DNA of 63,966 bases, filler included, from Folioceros fuciformis (taxonomy: Eukaryota), in NCBI GenBank assembly GCA_049999805.1. It is 23 parts of 23 records of this genome, joined end to end, with 100 filler letters (N's around TTAATTAATTAA, not from the genome) between each part and the next. Parts side by side here need not be neighbours in the genome. Positions count along the whole stretch, not along the records: positions 59,054 to 60,340 come from JBNGIO010006613.1; positions 60,441 to 62,588 come from JBNGIO010006615.1; positions 62,689 to 63,966 come from JBNGIO010006618.1; 20 more parts are not named here. One strand, written 5' to 3'. The notes beneath the pieces were generated by a model that made no database searches, was not told the DNA's origin, and saw nothing but the letters and a program-made list of their open reading frames with translations. The translations under genes and the position numbers were made by a program. This document shows positions 59,054 to 63,966 of the stretch, piece after piece (position 1 is the stretch's first letter; each line of letters begins with the position of its first letter).

Positions 59054-60340
59054 TTGGCCATCGACGTGTGTTATTCATATGAACTCGCATCATTGTAGTC
59101 TATTGTGGACATTGGCATTCCCCCCCTTTTTAATTGTTCTAACTCTCAAACTCATAGTACATTGTAGTCCTTGGCCATTGCCATTTTTGATTCATCCAAC
59201 ATCACGATCTTGTTATCCTTTGCAGGCATTGGCCATCACCCATTTTCAAGTTCCCACGTCACACCCTAGTCTTTCCAATGCACGTGTACACTATGAATGA
59301 CACGAAAACTCGTACAAAATACACATTCCCTTCACCCCTTACAAAGAATCCCCTAGTTCATTCTTAAATTACTAAACTATGTAGTGTGTTCAGTGCATAC
59401 ATGGCCATGCCCCGTTGTCACCGCCCATCACCCTCCCTTCAGCCCCCCTCGCTCTCATTGCATTCCAACAATTGATGCACACTCACGAACTTCCAATCAG
59501 CTATGGTCCTTGGCCATGGACAATTGAGGTTGACCCATACTCGTGACCTTATTCACATTTGTAGTCATCCTCAATGAGAGACGACATGAAGCACCTGCAG
59601 AATGTAAATCTTGTGTCTTTACCAACGCGCTCTGCCTTATCATGCGCCAAAGGAGATGCGTCCCCTCTCTCTAGGTTTATTAACCAACGCACGGGTTATG
59701 CGTTCGCTTTAGCGCATACGCGAGTTTGAGGGCCATCAAAGACGTTTCCTCGGATAGACAAAAAACCCAATACCCTGAGCCCTAAGCCCTAAATGGTAAA
59801 CCCTAAACCCTAAGCCCCGTGCCATACCTATGCCCTCCAAAACGAGAATATCCTATATAGATCCAGTTTGGTGCCGCTCTGTGGTAAACCATAAAAAGAG
59901 AATATTTTGTGAAGATCCAACCTTGGGGAACAGGAAAGAGCATAAACCCATAAACCGGAAACTATCTCAATGCATAGTGATAGAGTGTCCGGTTAGGCAT
60001 GCCATATCGTTGGTGTCAGGTTTTGATGAAGGACCGCTCCAACGGGAAGGTTTGAGGCATCGGTTATAACAATAAAAGGCGTTGTCTATAACTGCAACTA
60101 TGTTACTAGTTTAGGGTTTAGTCGAGTCATCCTCCGATGTCGTGGAATACTTTTATCTTCTTTCTCCTCTAGTCATTCATCTTCCCATCGCGATTTCGCC
60201 TCTTCTCCTTTTGCCACTTCTTTCTATCATCCGCCGTGGACTCCTTAGAGTTCAACACCACCCGTATTGCTCGCTCTAAGGCTTTCTCAATCTGGAAGCG
60301 CACATGGTTCCCCATCGCCGTGACTAAGCCTCTCGCAAAC
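59054..60340. repeat. Same repeat unit, short variant with three deletions
   Basis: Colinear with 56929-58953, with substitutions and deletions. Confidence 0.85.
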
Positions 60341-60592
60341 NNNNNNNNNNNNNNNNNNNNNNNNNNNNNNNNNNNNNNNNNNNNTTAATTAATTAANNNN
60401 NNNNNNNNNNNNNNNNNNNNNNNNNNNNNNNNNNNNNNNNTAGTGGGACACCTCTTCTAGGGTAACTAAGAATCCATGCATGTGTCGTGAATGCCACATT
60501 TGCACGAAGATCATGCCCCCGGTCATTGACGTTATCCATAATGATTGTGTACTGCAGAAAGCATGGGTGGATGTAAAGCTTACTGAATTCCA

Positions 60593-60674
60593 TTCCTCTG
60601 CACAGTGAGACATGGTGTGATGAGGCGGACATTTTCCTCTGCAAAGTGAGACATGGTGTGATGAGGCGGACATT
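60593..60674. repeat. 41-bp tandem duplication
   Basis: TTCCTCTGCA(C/A)AGTGAGACATGGTGTGATGAGGCGGACATT x2. Confidence 0.9.
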
Positions 60675-60934
60675 AGAAGGGAAGAGTAAGGGGAGAAGAG
60701 CGCTTATGCTCTTTGACCGTGTGTTTACTTAGAAGGGAAGTCTAGCTTTTATGCAAAGGCTTGCAACGAACATGCCACATATTGTGGTCGGAACCTGGTT
60801 AGATCATAGCAGCAAATTATTCAGCCTCTAATTGCGGAAGATTGAGCGCCATCATAGCCTATTCATAACAACTCATCCCGGGGAGAATAGGCTTCAACCT
60901 CGAAGCCAAGGAGCTATAGTTTATGATCACAAGC

Positions 60935-61075
60935 ATAGGTACAAAGTAAATCAGGAGAACGGGAGAGGTTGGCAAGGGATTCCCAAAAGGCATCGCCGAT
61001 AGGGTAACCTTTCCACAATACTCAAAATTCGCACCTACGACGAACACACTGATGGCAAAGAAGCTTTCTGCATCG
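60935..61075 (-). pseudogene. Chromodomain remnant
   Basis: RRCEF*VLWKGYPIGDAFWESLANLSRSPDLLCTY fits the VxWKGY...WE...NL chromodomain consensus; stop at 61022. Confidence 0.65.
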
Positions 61076-61277
61076 TCCGCATCATCATCACATGTATCAA
61101 TTTGGGTGGCGACAGAATTGGGGAGCCATGATCATAAACATGAAAGACAAGGTGAATGTGAGATTCGGGAGGGAGAGTGAGTTCATAGGTGTGAAACATT
61201 AAATTTTGGATAATAATTTGGTTTTGTTTTATTTTGGTAGGATCATGTCTCACTGATCAAGGGGTAGCGGAGTGATG

Positions 61278-61384
61278 GAAAAGGAAGATACCTATAATGC
61301 ATGTATAGTGACCGAAAAGGAAGATACTATATTGCATGTATAGTGACGGAAAAGGAAGATACCTATATTGCATGTATAGTGACG
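61278..61384. repeat. 35-36 bp tandem repeat x3
   Basis: GAAAAGGAAGATACCTATA(A/T)TGCATGTATAGTGAC units. Confidence 0.9.
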
Positions 61385-62706
61385 GTAGGATGTATACCTA
61401 CGTAGGGAGAGTGGCCATGTAGAGAAAGTACCTACATGGGAAGGGTACCTATGTAGGTCTCTAGGATATCTACTTATAGGCAAACATCTACTTAGGGAAG
61501 GTACCTACCCCTACGTACACCCCACCCACAAAACGTGCTCAACCTAACGTGCGACAGAAAAGTTTGGTAATAGGTCTAAATTAGCCTAGGATGGTTTCCT
61601 TGGTTCTTTTTGCTCGGGATAGTTCAAAGAGACCCATGTTGAAGGCAGGTTTCTAGGCAAGCATCCATGGTAAGTAGTGAATAGATGGTGAAGGTTGTTT
61701 GGATTTGTTCTGTTCTATTTTGGTAGGTTAGGTGTGTGGCAATAGAACAGCATAGGGTAGATGCCTAGTAGGGAGGGTATCTACTTAGGTGTGTAGGATG
61801 TCTTCTTATAGGCTGGAAGAAATTTCTATGTAGGGAAGGTACTTATAGGGTAAGACCCCTATGTAGACACCCCACCTAGGAAAAGTGCTTAACTACGAAA
61901 AGAAAGTGGTAAGAACATATCTACAGTGGGAATGATAAGGAACCTACCTATGAAGGGGGAAGGGAGCCCACCTACGGCAAAGGGAGCAATAGAGAACCTA
62001 CCTACAGAGGGGACATCCTCTCCCTAAGTAGGGAGGGAGGATCATAGGGACAAACCCTCCATTGAAGGGAGGAGTTCCTCTAGTTGAAAGACAAGTGACC
62101 CCCTTTTTAACAAATGCTAGGAGTGATCCCGTAAGTGGTGGTGAAGGGACGACCCGAGAGATGACCACAAAGGAAGGTTTAGTGGAAGCTCCAGATCCAA
62201 GAGAAGACATATCCCAATAATGGAGGAGGGCCGAGCTGAAACCCCACCTCCCTTCAGGAACAGTCCTAGTCACTCTCTTTTGAAGGGGGGCCTAAAATCT
62301 CTTATGATAGCATTGATGGTCCCCAAATTTTAGTGGCGCGAATTGCCTTCATAGATTATTGGTAGGTGTGTGTATTTAAGTTTATGGCGGATAGGGTGAG
62401 AGAAGGGTACCTACATGTAGGGGACGGCTCATGTGTGAAGCTCTCCTATAAGAAGGGGCTATACAAAGAAATGAACCACCACATTTTGCATTCTTCTCAT
62501 GGCGAGTCCTTATGCTTAGCGAAGCATAGGAATGTCGTTGCCGGCTACGTGCCATCACAACGCCTGGTTGTGGCTAGAGTTGTAGTGGNNNNNNNNNNNN
62601 NNNNNNNNNNNNNNNNNNNNNNNNNNNNNNNNTTAATTAATTAANNNNNNNNNNNNNNNNNNNNNNNNNNNNNNNNNNNNNNNNNNNNGCGTGTATGTGT
62701 GTGTTT

Positions 62707-62873
62707 GAGAGAGAGAGAGAGAGAGAGAGAGCTGCGAGTGCCAGACGGTGCTTAGCTCATCGTGGTGGGGGGTTTTGGTGTGTGAGAGGCCTCTGTGTGG
62801 ATGTGTATATTTGTGTGGTGTGGTGCGGTGTGGTGTGTGTTGGCGCGTGTGCTGCTGCTGCTGCTGCTGCTGC
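62707..62873. repeat. (GA)12 and (GCT)8 microsatellites in a GC-rich, leader-like region
   Basis: Direct reading. Confidence 0.85.
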
Positions 62874-63966
62874 TACTGCTGGTGGTGGAGGGGATGAGAG
62901 CACGACACACACACAAACAATGACAGCCAGGCGAACGGGCGGACGGGCGCGCGGTGCAGCGACAATGGCGGTGCAGAGAGTCGTGCAGCTCCTCCTGCGG
63001 TGTGTGTCTTCTTCTTCCTTTCTTCCGGTGGCAGCCTCTCTTCCTCTTCTCTCTCGGGACCAGGTGGAAGTGCGTGAGAGGCGGGAAACGGTGGTGGAGG
63101 GATGCTGCGGGCGCCGGCGGTGGAGCACTGGCCCCCCTTCTAAACTGTTTCTCGAAGGCTTCGTTCTTCGTTCCCGAGCCCGTCAGCAGCCTTTCCCAGC
63201 CAAAGCATCCCAGAAATAACTGCGTTTCAGCCTGCCTCTGCATGCGACGCCGCACAATTGGTCGCGGCCACACCCATGCGCCTGCCGCTTTTTGCACTCC
63301 CGCCCACTCAACACGTGTGCTCTGGTCCATGGGCGGGTTTTTTTCCTTTATTGCAATCAACGCGCCTGCTGCCCTCGTCTAACCCCCCATCCCCAAGCGG
63401 ATCCTCCCACGTCCATGCTCACCGCACCTCGCTGCCAGGGCGCTCTGTCGGCCCACTCCCATGATGCACGCAATCAATCACCGCCAGGTGGTGTCATGAA
63501 TTCAAATGGTCCTAGAAAAGGCCAAAAGCCCACCCCTTGCACCGCTTCTAGTGCTGGACTGATTCCATGTACTTCAACATCGTGTAGAGCAAGAGACTAG
63601 AAAGGGGAAAAGTATCAGAAACGGCTTTTGTGACTACAGAGACTCGATTTCGACATGTGGATGCTCCCCGCACACAATTCATCCAAAAAAAAAACGGGCT
63701 TTCTTCGTCGTAACCTGAAATGACTCCCTCCACGAGAGAATGCGGAAGGTCCCCCAGTCAGCCACCCTCTTGCAGCCACGCCCAGTGACCGCCTTATCGC
63801 GACCGCCCTGGCCTCCATCGCCTCGCCTCGCCGCCATTGTCCCGCGGCACAATCCATAGTCACGCCCACTTTCTACCTGCACCAGCACCGCGACCTCTCG
63901 CACCGACACCGGTCACACCAGCCCCTCGCATCCCGGCTCCGCCTGCCCTCGTGCCTGTCCCGGTCA

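Noticed and set aside
62695-63909. Overlapping 100-200 aa ORFs
   Set aside because: Low-complexity GC-rich sequence with no recognisable domain

Overview
This is not one continuous locus. It is a concatenation of 23 short eukaryotic scaffolds joined by an artificial 100-bp spacer (N44-TTAATTAATTAA-N44), plus six internal 100-N gaps. Short GT-AG introns, TTTAGGG motifs, plant gene families and a CCDC113/CFAP263-like flagellar gene point to a seed-free land plant (bryophyte, lycophyte or fern; this is inference). Mobile elements: a decayed Ty1/Copia present twice as an apparently exact 5.2-kb copy, a chromodomain-bearing Ty3/Gypsy, an ORF-intact Ty1/Copia with two extra ORFs, and an internally deleted pogo/Tigger-like transposase. 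Host genes: a histidine acid phosphatase, an LRR/WAK-like receptor kinase cluster, SABATH methyltransferases, an alpha-COP fragment, a divergent TFIIB, a CCDC113-like gene, an SRC2-like C2 protein and a GPI-anchored GH17-X8 glucanase. Many scaffold ends share exact 47-bp overlaps, which reveal collapsed tandem arrays. The strongest leads are: (i) the Gypsy gag/pol junction, an in-frame UGA-CGG followed by a hairpin (candidate stop-codon readthrough), in an element whose LTRs appear to end AG...CT rather than TG...CA; (ii) a Copia carrying an extra sense ORF before gag and an antisense ORF after pol; (iii) a 4.47-kb phosphatase unit that closes into a circle; (iv) a GH17 lacking its catalytic nucleophile. 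All family assignments come from motif recognition by eye; no database search was run.
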